Assembly: GCA_008690995.1 (NCBI GenBank)
Contig: VRMN01000005.1
Location: 186,001 to 250,000 of the forward strand
From: Porphyridium purpureum
Lineage: Eukaryota
Reading direction: 5' to 3'
Length of the DNA stretch: 64,000 nucleotides
Part shown: positions 23,601-35,679 of the stretch, in pieces
Layout: the number at the start of each line of letters is the position of its first letter
Numbering within the stretch: position 1 is the first letter of the stretch
Position numbers and translations under genes: made by a program
The notes under the pieces: generated by a model
Seen by the model: only the letters and a program-made list of their open reading frames with translations
What the model was told of the DNA's origin: nothing
Database searches by the model: none

Positions 23601-24079
23601 GACAAAATCTTCAAGCCTGGTACGATTTTGCAATAGAACCTGATGCGGACCACCGAGGAGCGCGGCGAAATATTGACTATCCTCATTATGTGGAAACTCT
23701 AGCAGCCTAACCAGCCCGGGCCTTTGCGCGGCGGGGCGCAGCAGAAATCGAAGGCGCGCGGCAAAAGGGCGTGTGGTGGTGAATTCTGGGATCGCTTATT
23801 TCTTGAATTTTGTTTTAGCGCCAGCCCTTGAAAATGTTGTAGACTTAGGCCACGGTCAATGCATCGAGAAATAAAACGTCATGAATCTTTGGCGACGAAA
23901 GTAGAGTTGTGCACTTTTGGGATTTATCCACTCGTGCGGGAGAGCTGCAGAAGGTGAGTTGCTTGAAGTTGGTGGGGTTAGGCTGAGAAAATTGATTTTC
24001 GGATTGGATTGCTCACGTGGGGTGGAAGCTCTGGTGGAGTGGTCGTAAGAGTCCTTTAAAAGGGGACCACAACTAAGTA

Positions 24080-25218
24080 TGCAGACAACTCCAATCGGCC
24101 CGCCTGAAAAAGCTGATTGCTTGGTTCCCGGCTTCTGGGTTCGTATGCTCGTGCACCTAAATGAAAACCTTGCCCACTACTGCTTGGGATTTCTAAAATG
24201 TCATTCTTCTGCACGAGGCGCATGTACTAGTCGGCAATCACCGAGCTTTCAGCCACATGGAGCCACAGCAGTATGTGGCTTGGCATTGCACCCGAGGTTG
24301 TGAAATTTGACAACGGTTAGGAAGAGAATGGCAGAAAAGAATAAATTTGACTTCTTCATCCATACGGCGTGAAGTACTTTTGCATTGCCCGCACCGAACT
24401 TTTCATCTTTGATGAAGACCACATTTAAATTCTCACCGACCGCCACACGCGCTCCAAACCAACGCAGTCGTTTGCGCGTGTGGTCGACTGTTAAATGTAG
24501 AGTCTTTGGCACGCGGCGGAGAAAACGCCTGGTCCAGAGCCTTCCAGATGGGGTCCGCTGCTCTCATTAGCTTTGCCCCACATACACGCAGACTCTTTTA
24601 TACCGGGCGCGCTGCAGAAAGGTTTTCTAAAGCTGCCTTATTCGCGGTCTTTTTCTGAAGTGCTGCCGTATCCTTCAATGCTTTGTCAAAGGCGCTGTTC
24701 AAGTCGCTGTTCAAGTCGCTGTTCAAGTCGCAGGAATCAGCATTCGCCAGAACGCAGCTAATTACGCCACGGGAACGATTTATCATGCGCGATGAAGAGT
24801 TTCAGCAATCTGTGCATCTAAAGCTGTGCATTGATTCTTAGCGGTCTCGAGCTCTAGCATGTAGACACGCGCGAGCATGTTCGTGCACATTGTGAAATTG
24901 TTGCAAGTGTCAAATCCCGGTCGCATTGCACGAATGCTGCATATTTTGACGCTTAGGGACGTCTGATGGAACATGTCGCTCGTTTGGAAGAGAATGCCTT
25001 TTGTCTAAATTTGGCTGAGTCTCATCACGGCTGCATCCCTGAATTCTGCGCAGCGGGTGGATAGCTACTTCTTCGCTCAAGCGAGCGCTAAAATATATTC
25101 GATGCGGTAGTGGTGGGCAATCGTGGGCATTCATCGCAATTGAAAAACTTAGGCATTGTACTTTCCTCCCAATTTCTCGCATCCACTCGTAGGTTTGCAG
25201 TCGTGACGTGTCTGGCAT
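24080..25218 (-). mobile_element. Degenerate Tc1/mariner (Tc3-like) transposase relic
   Basis: LTVDHTRKRLRW...NVVFIKDEKF (first Asp region) and NAKPHTA (second Asp region); possible HTH N-terminus MPDTSRLQTYE at 25218. Confidence 0.6.
24693..24731. repeat. Tandem 12-mer (CGCTGTTCAAGT) x3
   Basis: Read directly from the sequence. Confidence 0.9.
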
Positions 25219-25512
25219 GACTTTTTTGCTGTCTTTACATTTAGATTTTTTTCCATTTCTATTTTCCTTTTCTTTTCTTATTCTTGGTCTACTTTATTTA
25301 CTTTTTCCTGGAATGTACTACAAGTCTTCACGTGTGTTTTCACGTTTTCGAGGGCTTCATTCAGACGGACTGTGATTATTCTGTCTTCATTCTTTTCTGC
25401 ACCGTGGTAGTTTTGGGGTCGAACGAGATATGTTGCAAGGTGATACCGATTGAGTCCAGTAGAGGGATGTGAGGCGAAGTTGAAGGTATATACGTGAGCT
25501 CTCTTTTAGTTG

Positions 25513-25821
25513 CTGTTATCAGCTGTGTATTTGAGTGTTTTACTGTAGGTCTCTCTTCACTCGTACTCCTTACCTCTTCTGTCTCCGAGCAAGACCTGAC
25601 CGGCGAGTCCGGGCAGGCGCGTCGCCCTTTTAAATCTCCTGCTACCGGAAGGGACATCAAGGCGTTAAGAGAATGGACAATGCAAAACATTGCCGTTTCT
25701 GCGCGTCTAGAAGTTTCTCGAACCTAGAGAAGCTTCTAGAAACGGTTCAACGGTCTACCGGTTCAACGGCTCACCGGTTTCCAGTTAACTGAACCGTTCT
25801 AGGTGACTGGGGTCGAACGGA
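25513..25821 (-). mobile_element. Diverged half copy of the fold-back MITE at 34994-35621
   Basis: Aligns to the reverse complement of about 35300-34994, including internal sequence CTGTTATC.GCTGTGT.T.TGAGTGTT. Ends GGTCGAACGGATAAC like the full copy. Confidence 0.85.
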
Positions 25822-25829
25822 TAACTCCA

Positions 25830-26200
25830 GCAAACTGCTATTTCACAGCAGGGAAACAGAATTGGCAGTGGCGAAGATACCGTCAATGAGTTGAAATTGC
25901 ATATCTCCTGCCACAAAAATGGCGCACCGAACCGTACACCGACCGCCGCCCAAATGTCACGACCAAACGTTTGAAAGATCCCATGTACGCTCATGCCATG
26001 TCTTGTGGAAAGCATCTGGCCCATCCAGATTGCAAATTATTTCGTCCGTGACCGCAACTGTTGCCCAATTCATTCGTTCCAGCACATGCCGTCTTTTCAA
26101 GGCGAGCCACGTGAGGTTGAATTTGAGTGTCACAGGTCCGTGAGCTGGATTTCTCCCGCATGCATAGGTCAAACTCATTGCTGTCCTGATTTCCATTGAA
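25830..26200 (-). mobile_element. Tc3-like transposase fragment (first half of the DDE domain)
   Basis: NWATVAVTDEIICNLDGPDAFHKTWH...HLGGGRCTVRCAIF matches the Tc3-type VVFSDEKKFNLDGPDG...W...FGGGTVMVWGAF pattern. Confidence 0.75.
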
Positions 26201-26967
26201 TTTAGGACCCGAATCAGACCGCAATCGCGCTGTGCAGCACGAATTTGACGGCCCTTATTTACGGGCCGAATCCTTTGGATGTCAGAAATCTTGATTTTTC
26301 GTGCCTTTGTGCGGTTTGGAGCGTCCGCAGTAGAGGTACTACGTACGTGTACGATGGGAGCATCTACCTAGAACAAACCGCATTGCATAAAGCACCTAAT
26401 TTGTGTCTCAACAGCTCTCACTTTTTGTCCCACTCCCAAAGGCCCTGAAAACGTCATATCTTCTCATCCGAGCAGTCAATATTGCGATGTTTGGTGTCGA
26501 AATGAAGCTCTTCGCGAGAGTCGCTCGATGCATTTTTCTCCTCTTCCTTTCCATTATCCTTTCCCGAGATATAAGGCTTCCCTTGACTGTTCCCTATCCC
26601 ATTTGTGCAACAAATTTCTTGCACTCCGGCACCATCCGCCCCGCCCCAAAATATTGTCCTAGTAAAAGGTCAAAATGCAACATGAACTGTCTAATTTTTC
26701 TTAGAAATTCGACTGTCCCCTATCCGTTCTGGTCGCACCTTTTATGAAGGCGCACAGACCCGTACACGCCGACACGAGCGAAGGGCAAGCTGTAAATCGA
26801 GAAGGAGGACTGCGGTCAGGAGGGGAGATAGGGATATGGGGCCGCGAATTAGAAGGCGAAACAGCTGCGCGGCTGCCAGCAGGAGAAAACGAAAGTAGGG
26901 GTAAAGGGTGGGTTGCGCAAGAGTAGGAAATCAGCAGCAGAAACTCGGTCAGCATTGATACAGTTCC

Positions 26968-28081
26968 ATGGACACTCGCAAGCAGGGTGTGCTGGCTTCG
27001 GGCCTGCTGCTCCCCTGCGTCCTCCATGTTTTCGTCGGAAGCTCCCAGACCCAGGCAAAAGCAGGTATAGTTTACGGCATTGAGCGCGATATCGCGGAGA
27101 AGAACATCTTTGCCCTGGACTTTTCCGCCGGCTTGGGCATTGAGCCCAGCATCACGCTGGTCGCAAACGTGACAACGGCGGCGGCCGAGGATCCAGATTA
27201 CCCAATACAGTGCACTGGATAAGTGAACGGGGTGACGCGCACAGGGCCTCTGTATGAATGTAGTCCGAGTGGACTGGCTTACGACGGCGACTCCCTTCTG
27301 TATTTCGCCTTATTTGACCGATTTGGCATGAAGGCATCACGATTGTGCTTGTCCTCATTCGAGACGGATTCGTTCGGGTTTGCTGCCACCCTTGGCGGGG
27401 CCGTGACGGGCGCCGCCTTTAACCCGAATACGTACCAGTATGTGTGGATTGACCAAGGCGCGCTACAATCTGAGGGTCGTATTCTGGTCCTCCAGTTCGA
27501 GCGACTGGACAGAACGACGGGCTAGATTATGGAGCGAGTCACAAACACTATGTTCCGCACCGTGACGACGGACCCGAACGCTCCAGCTGCCGAGCTGCCT
27601 TTCGCTTATCGTGGCGGAGATATAGCGATTAACGCTACCGGTATGTTGTACCGCAGCAGCGTCGGAGCGAGCGGTGGCTTCAAGTATTTCTTTTCCATCG
27701 ACTTGAACTATACTGCTGGAGACCTCCGCACAACTCCCGGAACGCCGTACGCTTCCCGCCTGATCCACGCAGATCCAAAGGACTCCACTCAGGTGAGCAC
27801 TTTGACCAGGTTTGCAACTGCAGATCGGGAGGCATTTGACGCGGATGGGAGATTGATCAGCCAAGAGAGCGAGCGAGGCATCTTTAGTGTCGTGGACACT
27901 GCGACAGGCGCGAATGGTGAAGTGGGCGTCGAGGGTGTGGATTACGTCAGGCTGTTCCAGATGGGCACGCTGCACACGTTTGCAGACCTTGCGTCGGCTC
28001 TGGTCTTTGAAGCGCCGATGCCGATACCGATGCCGATGCCGATGCCGATGCCGATGCCGATGCCGATGCCGATGCCGATGC

Positions 28082-28113
<32 letters not shown>

Positions 28114-28615
28114 GTGCCTATGCCGATGCCGATACCATCACCGCCGCCATCGCCAGTGCCAGTGCCAACACCAGCGCCAGAGTTTTGCTGCTCCCCAGAT
28201 GACGAAGGTGCTGAGTGCGACGTGGTAACACAATTGCCGGAAAATTACCTCGGACAGTGACGATGGGAGCTCGGATAGTGACGATGAGAGCTAGAAGATG
28301 CCTACGAGCATTCACTACCATCACGGTCGAGGTCGTGGCCTTGGTCACGGTCGCGGTGGATGTTCAAACTCAGGCTCCGAGTCGGACGCAGAGTCGACAG
28401 AGGTGCCATGCTGTCCGTGCACGTGCCTGAAACCGCGACCAAAGGCTCCAGCGCGTGGAAATGTAGGAAGCGACAGGAGTGACAGGAGTGACACGAGTGA
28501 CAGGAGTGACACGAGTGGCAGCAGTGACAGGAGTGGCAGCAGTGGCAGCAGTGGCAGCAGTGGCAGCAGTGGTAGCGATTCGGAGTCCAACAGTAGTGGC
28601 TCGGAGAGTCACTAG
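26968..28615 (+). pseudogene. Disrupted paralogue of the secreted protein at 30326-32047
   Basis: Collinear with the downstream gene. Has TAA at 27220 (TAC in the paralogue), TAG at 27523 (CAG in the paralogue), a +1 frameshift near 28250 and another TAG near 28292. Confidence 0.88.
28015..28131 (+). repeat. (CCGATG)n hexamer array encoding Pro-Met
   Basis: Read directly from the sequence. Confidence 0.95.
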
Positions 28616-30325
28616 AAGGATCAGTTTAACGCCAAGCTATTGAAAGTGAACCTGCAACAGTTGAAAAGACTGGAAACGTGAACGAGAAGTAAGGGATTAA
28701 GTATTCCTTTGCAGAATTCACGTTCTTTGGGCCTGGAGCGCCTTCCGGGCCGAATGACATCGCGTGCAATGGTCAGTCTCTATTCCTTTAAATGTGTGTG
28801 CATCAGTCACATCTGTCATCGGGTCCATGATTGAATGCCTGGTCTGATCTATGCTGTCGTTGAAGCTTTAATCTTTCCGACGTGTCGCCTTGTTTCCCAT
28901 TCTGAGTTTCCCGCCAGTGCACCCAGGTCATCTGAAGAGCGGGTGCGGAAGCAAAACATAAAGGGAGAAAGATCACTTTCGTACGAAAATGCCACACTGT
29001 GCTGCCTTGTCGAAACATCGACCAGCGCCGCGCATCACGATCTCGAGCCCGTCGCGCAAGAAAGACATGGCACGAGTTCAGTTGGGTGTGTTCACCACAT
29101 GGAAGCAGCTGACCAAGTTGCGCATTCGGCGAAGGGACGCCACACATTCATGCTGCAGCACACACACACACACGCACACAGACGCATACAGCACGATCCT
29201 TCCGCCTGCTGAGAACCAACGACCTTGAACAACACAACCGCTGCTTCCCTCAGCCACATTCACGTGAACGTGGCGTTATTTGTATGGGATCGATGTACAG
29301 TCACTGTACATACTCCACGAAATGTACACACGCGCGCAGACACTGTACGTGCCGCACGTGCCACGGGTGCGTGGCACGTCGCGGAATCGCGGCGAGGCGA
29401 GCGCACTTGTTGGCGTGCGCACAAGCGTGAGTCGCAGCGCGCGGAACGTCAACAGCATAACAGCGGTAAGGTGATGCCCACAATGACATGAATCACACAC
29501 ACACATACATTTGCACGCATGTAAGAGCCAAAGGACAGAGGAGAAATGCCAGAGATTTTCAAACTCGTGGCACGCGCTTGCACTGCGATGTGTACGCGAG
29601 CCGTATTGGCTACAGAAAAAGCAGACGAAGGCGCGTGTAAACGAGCACGCGGCAAAAAAAAAAAAAATCCAGCAACGGAAAATCTTCACGCTTACTCCTT
29701 GCGACACGTGGAACTGCGTGAATTGAGCACATTCCGGAGACGCCGGAAGCGTGACGACGCGTGCCGCCTGGTGCACGTGCGTTTTGTGTGACGCTTTCGC
29801 TGTTGTTGTGGATTACGTGGCGCGCTTGGGAAAACAGGGGTCATTGGTGTGAACAAGCTGCAGTCAGAGGATACTCAGAGCAGTGGAATGGATAGAAGTC
29901 TGGCGGATACCTGGGTTGGTTGCGTGGTAGTTGGTGGAAGGGGAAAGACTTGTTGGCACCGTGGGAATGGTTGACAGACGATCTTTCAGCCGAATGCGAT
30001 GAATCTAGCTGACATATCTCTCCACAGTTTGCACTGTGAAACGTCCCAAGATCATGAGTGTCGTGGCGCAAGTTGCAACCGTCTGAAGCATGCTTTGCGC
30101 TGCGCATCGGGTATATAATGGGGACTGCGCGCGTGGGTTGGTGCAAAAAGTCGAAGAGTGCTGGGCACAGAGCAGAGTCGGCAAGGTGCAGAAGAAGAAG
30201 GACAAGAAGAAGAGAAAGAAGAAGGAGAATTTGGGCACGCGCAGGAAGGGACAGAGCCCGTGGTACCGGGATTGAAGCAGCAAGAGAAGCAACAGTAGAG
30301 GCTCCAGATGCATTCGCTTGACAGA

Positions 30326-32047
30326 ATGGACAATTGCAAGCGTCGTGCAATGGCTTCGTGGTTGCTCCTCCTTTGTGTACTGCATGTCCTCGTCCGACGC
30401 ACGCAGGCCCTGTCGAATGCAGGTATTGTTTACGCCATTGAGCGCGACAACGTGCAAAAGAATATTTTTGCGCTGGACTTTTCCGCCGGTGTAGGTATGG
30501 AGCAGACTACCACGCTGGTCGCAAACATGACAAAGGCCGCCGCCGATGATCCAGATGGGTTCCCTATGGATTGCTTTGGATACGAAAATGGAGTGACGCG
30601 CACAGGACCGCTGTACGAATTCTCACCAAATGGACTGGCGTACGATGGCGACTCGCGCCTGTATTTCGTCGCTTTTGACCAATATGGCATGACGACATCA
30701 CGACTGTGCTTCTACTCAATTGTGACCGATTCGTTCGAGTTTGCTGTCAACCTTGGCGAGCCTGTGATGGGTGCCGCCTTTGACGCGAAAACCTACCAGT
30801 ATGTGTGGATCGACCAAGGCGAGCAGCAAAACATGGGCGGTATTCTGGTCCTCCAGTTCGCGCGACTGGACAGAACGACGGGCCAGATCATGGAGCGGGT
30901 GACCAACACCATGTTCCGCAACGTGACAACGGACCCGAATGCACCGGCTGCCGAGTTGCCGTTCACGTTCCGAGGCGGCGATATGGCAATCAACTGCGAC
31001 GGCATGCTGTACGGCAGCAGCGTCGGGACGGGCGGTGGCTTCAAATACTTCTTTACAATCGACTTGAACTATGCTGCCGGAGACCTCGGCGCAACTCCTG
31101 GTATGGCGTACGAGTACCGACTCATCCACGCAGACCCACCTGATGACCCCAGTCAGGTGAGCACATTGACCGGGTTTGCAACTGCAGATCAGCTGGCGTT
31201 TGACATGGCGGGGAGATTGATTAGCCAAGACAGCGAGCTTGGCGTCTTTAGTGTCGTGGACCCTGCGACAGGAGCAAATGGTGAGCTGGGCGTCGAGGGT
31301 GTGGATTACATCCGGCTGTATGAGATGGGCATGCTGCGCACGTTTGCAGACCTTTCCTCCTCTCTGAGCTGCGAAGTGCCAACGCCAACGCCAACTCCAA
31401 CGCCAACGGCAATGCCAACTCCAACGCCAACGGCAATGCCAACTCCAACGCCAACGGCAATGCCAACTCCAACGCCAACGGCAATGCCAACTCCAACGCC
31501 AACGGCAATGCCAACGCCAACGCCAACGGCAATGCCAACGCCAACGCCAACGCCTCAATACTGTTGCTCGCCAGATGACGAAGGCGCAGTCTGCGAGATG
31601 GCGTCAGACATGCCGGAAGAAAGCTCGGACAGCGACTATGAGAGCATGAAAATGGGTGCGAGCATGCGCAAGCACAGCAACCGCGGCCACGGCCACGGCC
31701 ATGGCCACGGCCATGGTCATGGTCAGCACTGCCGCTGCAGCTCATCCTCCGACTCGGACGAAGAGGTGCCATGTTGCCCATGCTTATGCCCGCGACCGCC
31801 GCCAAAGCCTCCAGTGTGTGAAAGCGAAAGTAGCGGCAAAAGCAGCAGCGAAAGTAGCGGCAAAAGCAGCAGCGAAAGTAGCGGCAAAAGCAGCAGCGAA
31901 AGTAGCGGCAAAGGCAGCGGCAAAGGCAGCGGCAAAGGCAGCGGCAAAGGCAGCGGCAAAGGCAGCGGCAAAGGCAGCGGCAAAGGCAGCGGCAAAAGCA
32001 GTGGGAGCGAATCGGAATCTGACGCCAAAGTGGCGAAGAGGAAGTAG
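30326..32047 (+). CDS. Predicted secreted modular protein: signal peptide, ~330-aa globular (propeller-like) domain, Pro-Thr stalk, Cys-rich, His-Gly and Ser-Gly-Lys repeats
   Basis: Hydrophobic leader [15 protein letters not shown]; repeated GLAYDG/GAAFDA/MAINCDG/LAFDMAG motifs; (PTPTAM)n; CCSP; (HG)7; CCPCLCP; (SSGKSSSE)n then (GKGS)n. ATG 30326 aligns with the paralogue start; 30308 is an alternative. Confidence 0.85.
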   Translation: MDNCKRRAMASWLLLLCVLHVLVRRTQALSNAGIVYAIERDNVQKNIFALDFSAGVGMEQTTTLVANMTKAAADDPDGFPMDCFGYENGVTRTGPLYEFSPNGLAYDGDSRLYFVAFDQYGMTTSRLCFYSIVTDSFEFAVNLGEPVMGAAFDAKTYQYVWIDQGEQQNMGGILVLQFARLDRTTGQIMERVTNTMFRNVTTDPNAPAAELPFTFRGGDMAINCDGMLYGSSVGTGGGFKYFFTIDLNYAAGDLGATPGMAYEYRLIHADPPDDPSQVSTLTGFATADQLAFDMAGRLISQDSELGVFSVVDPATGANGELGVEGVDYIRLYEMGMLRTFADLSSSLSCEVPTPTPTPTPTAMPTPTPTAMPTPTPTAMPTPTPTAMPTPTPTAMPTPTPTAMPTPTPTPQYCCSPDDEGAVCEMASDMPEESSDSDYESMKMGASMRKHSNRGHGHGHGHGHGHGQHCRCSSSSDSDEEVPCCPCLCPRPPPKPPVCESESSGKSSSESSGKSSSESSGKSSSESSGKGSGKGSGKGSGKGSGKGSGKGSGKGSGKSSGSESESDAKVAKRK

Positions 32048-34993
32048 ATAAGAAAGCAGGACAGCAAGTCAGGACATATTTTACATGTGGAAGAGAAATG
32101 CATGATTGTGTGAGTGGAGAATTAAAAAAGGTAATGTGCCCTTACAGAACTTGCATTCTCTGACAATGGGGTATGTTTCTGGAGTTAAGCATTTCGAATC
32201 GTTGCCTTGTATTCCCCTCCGACATTCCCGCGCGGATATGTTCCATATCCGATGAGAACGTGCAAAACGTAAAGGCAGTGCACTTTCGCACATTGGCTTC
32301 ACGCGCATGATTCCTTCGCGAGACATTCATTAAACAGAGCACGACAGAAAGACATCGTGCCGCCCACGCACGAAATCTGTGGCTAGAGTCGCATATGAGA
32401 TAGCTGTTGCCATACTGAAGCAGCCAAGCATGTTGCTCCGGCGCAAGGACTCACATCTTCACCCTACAAACCCGCTTCTTTCGCAACGACGAAACGCATA
32501 GTAAAATATGCATTCTTGTGATAAACTATTTCCGCAGTAGAGCAGCGTGATTTGCACAGCCTGGCTCGTGATTTGGGGTCAACTTGTACCTAGTATCGAG
32601 CGCGGGTGTTCTGCTTCGGTAAGCAGAGTGAGCCGCTACATGCATGCCGAGGCAGACGATGCAGGCTCATGCTCATGCTCATGTGCGCCCGTATTGGGCG
32701 ACAGCAGAGCTGTCGGCGGCCGTCGTCGACGGTGCCACACAGGGATATAGGCACACCACTTCACCCCTGCCGCAGGCGCAACCACTTAGTTTTAAGGTAG
32801 AGAGATCTAGAGTGTGGAGACTAAACGGTTCCTTTGGGTATCTGCATGTGTCGCTAATATCGGGTAGCGGAAAATCCGGAAGGTTAAACGTGCGGGAAGC
32901 CGGAACGGCAACGGGCGCGTCGGCGACTCAGTGTGGAGCTTCCTCGTTGAGGACCTCTGACACTGTAGTTCAAGCCTATAGATGTGTAACACACGTAAAC
33001 ACAATCCCTTTTGAATATATCAAAATAGTTTCCCCTTACCTTCTTAGCACTACCGCGGCACCTCTAGTGGAGCTTGCGGCGAGACTTATACACGCAGTGG
33101 ACTCGTCCGACTCTCCTAGGTGTACAGTCACTGAAGGACAAACAGAGTATTCTGACAGAATGGTTCGGTCTTTCGGCAGCGAACTTCGGTTTATTGTTCT
33201 TCCACATCACGTAATAAGCCTATCCACTAAAGGCTTTCTTGTGGCCGCGCGTGCACTGTACTTTCACAGAACGTCCCCCTCCCCCTGCCCCCTTCTCCCC
33301 CCGGTGAATGTGTTGTAGTATTGTGATTCGCTCTCCGCTGGAGTGATGTAAGCACAAGAGGTTTCTAATAACAAACACCGTTATTGCCCAAAAAGACTAA
33401 GAGTATGATTTCACTCCTTCCAACCATAACTACGGACTCCTCTCTTTCGCAGAGCGACGACTTTTGTCGCCCTCCTTTTATACTGCGGCTGACGCACCTC
33501 CGGGAACGCAACGGGGCGCGGAATAGCGGATCCTAACACATCATCTAACGCATCATTGCTGACGCCAGCGAAGGCACCCGCGGACTATTGTCCGCAGTCC
33601 ATGCTTCTCCATCTCAGTACAGCAAGCGTGCACAGTGGTCCGCCATATTTCTCCACATGTAGAGTGAGGAAATGACCCGAAGTCCTGTGGCGATCGTCGG
33701 CTCTTACACGATTCCTCGGTTGCGAGGAAAGCCTTGCCAGAAGCAGCAGAAACAAGGGCCGTCTGTCGGTGGGTGTGAAGGAGTGAGGGGCAAGGATTAA
33801 GGGAGTGAAGAGTCTGTTCTTGCACCGTAAACGTGTTTGGGGTTTCTACACAAACACCTCTGAGCGTGGCGTCCAGCTTCACAATATGAAAACTTCTCAC
33901 CGAGCACCTGGCGTCCGCGACTGCTGCTCTATCCAACTACATAGGAGTTATTTGCGTACAATAGAGTCTTTATTTACCAGCCTGTCGTCAAACAAACCAC
34001 AACGACTCGTTACTCGGCCGAACTAAACCGCGACGAACGCTATCGACGACAGCCGGTGTTAAATAGACCCTTGTTCATGCCAGACTTGTTTCTCAGGCAG
34101 CGGCGCACGTCACACACACACACACACGCACACACAGGTGTAGACCTGCTCGATGCACTGTACTACAAGTTTGTGTCAACACCCCGTGTTGATATACGTG
34201 CAATCGGTTAATGGTCTGATGGACATCCGGGTCAATGACTTGGACCGTTCGGACTGTTTAATGTGTTCGGTCGGGTGCGAGCCTGCGTTCTAGCACGAGC
34301 CTTGGGCACGTATATATGCGACGTTTCTAGAAGCCCACTACTGACGTTTCCTTGTCGTTTTGCATCTCCGCGCCGCCGCCACAGTGCAACTGGAGCGACA
34401 GAAAATGCGGCCGGGCCAAGGAGAGGGGTGGTTATTTTGAGTGTAGCGTTTGGGCAGGCGAATATGTTTTTGATGCGAGTGGTTTTACAAAGTAAGCCGA
34501 TTCTTGACTGTCCAAGCTTTACGCCGCGGGCGTGTTTCACAACCCCGTTGTGTGTACTGGGTGTACGCCCGTTAGTGGTGTACAGTTTGGTTAGAGGGCC
34601 GCGCCGTGATGATAAGCTGCCGGGGAGCGCGGACGGTCTGACTTGCCTGCTCTTTCGGCTACGGAGTGTTTTCTAGGAGCGTGCTCGTTGATTACCGATA
34701 AAGCGGTATTTGTTGGTTATTGCGGCACTGCCACACCCTTCGCGCGCTCGCGGGAGAGCGCGCGCGTAAGTTCGCCCGCCGTACTATTCGTTGGCCGTCG
34801 AGGATGCTGATTCCCTCTACTCATGCTCCAAGAAAAAGTTTGTTCCATGTTGAGAGTCTATGACACCGGTGATAAGTGAGCATGTTACGTGTCAGACAAA
34901 GCGGTGCAAGCCGTGCGGAGCACCCACGCGAAGCCGGTCTTGTAGAGACGCTTCCGCTGCTCAGGTATGGGAGCATGCGCGTGGTGCCTGTTA

Positions 34994-35621
34994 CCCGTTC
35001 GACCCCAGTCACCTAAAACGCTTCGGTTAAACTCGAAACCGGAAAGCCGTTGAAACGGTAGACCGTTTAAACATTTCTGGAAGCTCTTAGAGGTTCCTGA
35101 AACTTCTAGACGTGCAGAAATGACAATGATTTGCGTTACCATTTCTCTTGGCGCCTTGCTGTCCCTGGCGGAAGTAAGGGTACAAGAAGGCGATGCGCCT
35201 GCCCGGACTAGCCGGTCACGTTTTGCTCCGAGAAAGAAGAAGAAGAAGAAGAGTGAAGACCAATTGTAAAGAACACTCAGAGACACAGCCGATAACAGAT
35301 ATCGTACAAAACATTCATCCTGGATGGTCCTGATTGTTGTCAATGCCGTGCCTTTACTCTGCCTCCTTCTTACCTTCTCTGTCTCCGAGCATGACCTGGC
35401 CGGCTAGTCCGGGCAGGCGCATCGCCTTCTTGTACCCTTACTTCCGCCAGGGACAGCAAGGCGCCAAGAGAAATGGTAACGCAAATCATTGTCATTTCTG
35501 CACGTCTAGAAGTTTCAGGAACCTCTGAAAGCTTCCAGAAATGTTTAAACGGTCTACCGTTTCAACGGCTTTCTGGTTTCGAGTTGTGCCGAATCATTCT
35601 AGGTGACTCGGGTCGAACGGA
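34994..35621. mobile_element. Fold-back MITE of about 630 bp with inverted arms of about 240 bp
   Basis: 34994-35235 is the near-perfect reverse complement of 35380-35621. Flanks read GTTA|...|TAAC, consistent with a TA target-site duplication. No coding capacity seen. Confidence 0.9.
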
Positions 35622-35679
35622 TAACACTGATATTGTCCACTAGATGTGAATTGAGCGTGCAGGAATTTTTTAGTCATTT

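Noticed and set aside
23774..23794. TGGTGGTGAATTCTGGGATCG, shaped like a tRNA primer-binding site
   Set aside because: It is on the opposite strand to the adjacent pol relic and is not preceded by an LTR-type CA end; may be chance.
27220..27525. Stop-codon readthrough or recoding in the first secreted paralogue
   Set aside because: The stops are TAA/TAG point changes accompanied by a frameshift, which fits ordinary pseudogenisation.
28015..32000. Repeat arrays as CRISPR-like structures
   Set aside because: They are spacer-less, codon-phased coding microsatellites in a eukaryotic context with no cas genes.
32644..33318. 224-aa plus-strand ORF
   Set aside because: No motifs or protein-like composition; cannot be supported without expression data.
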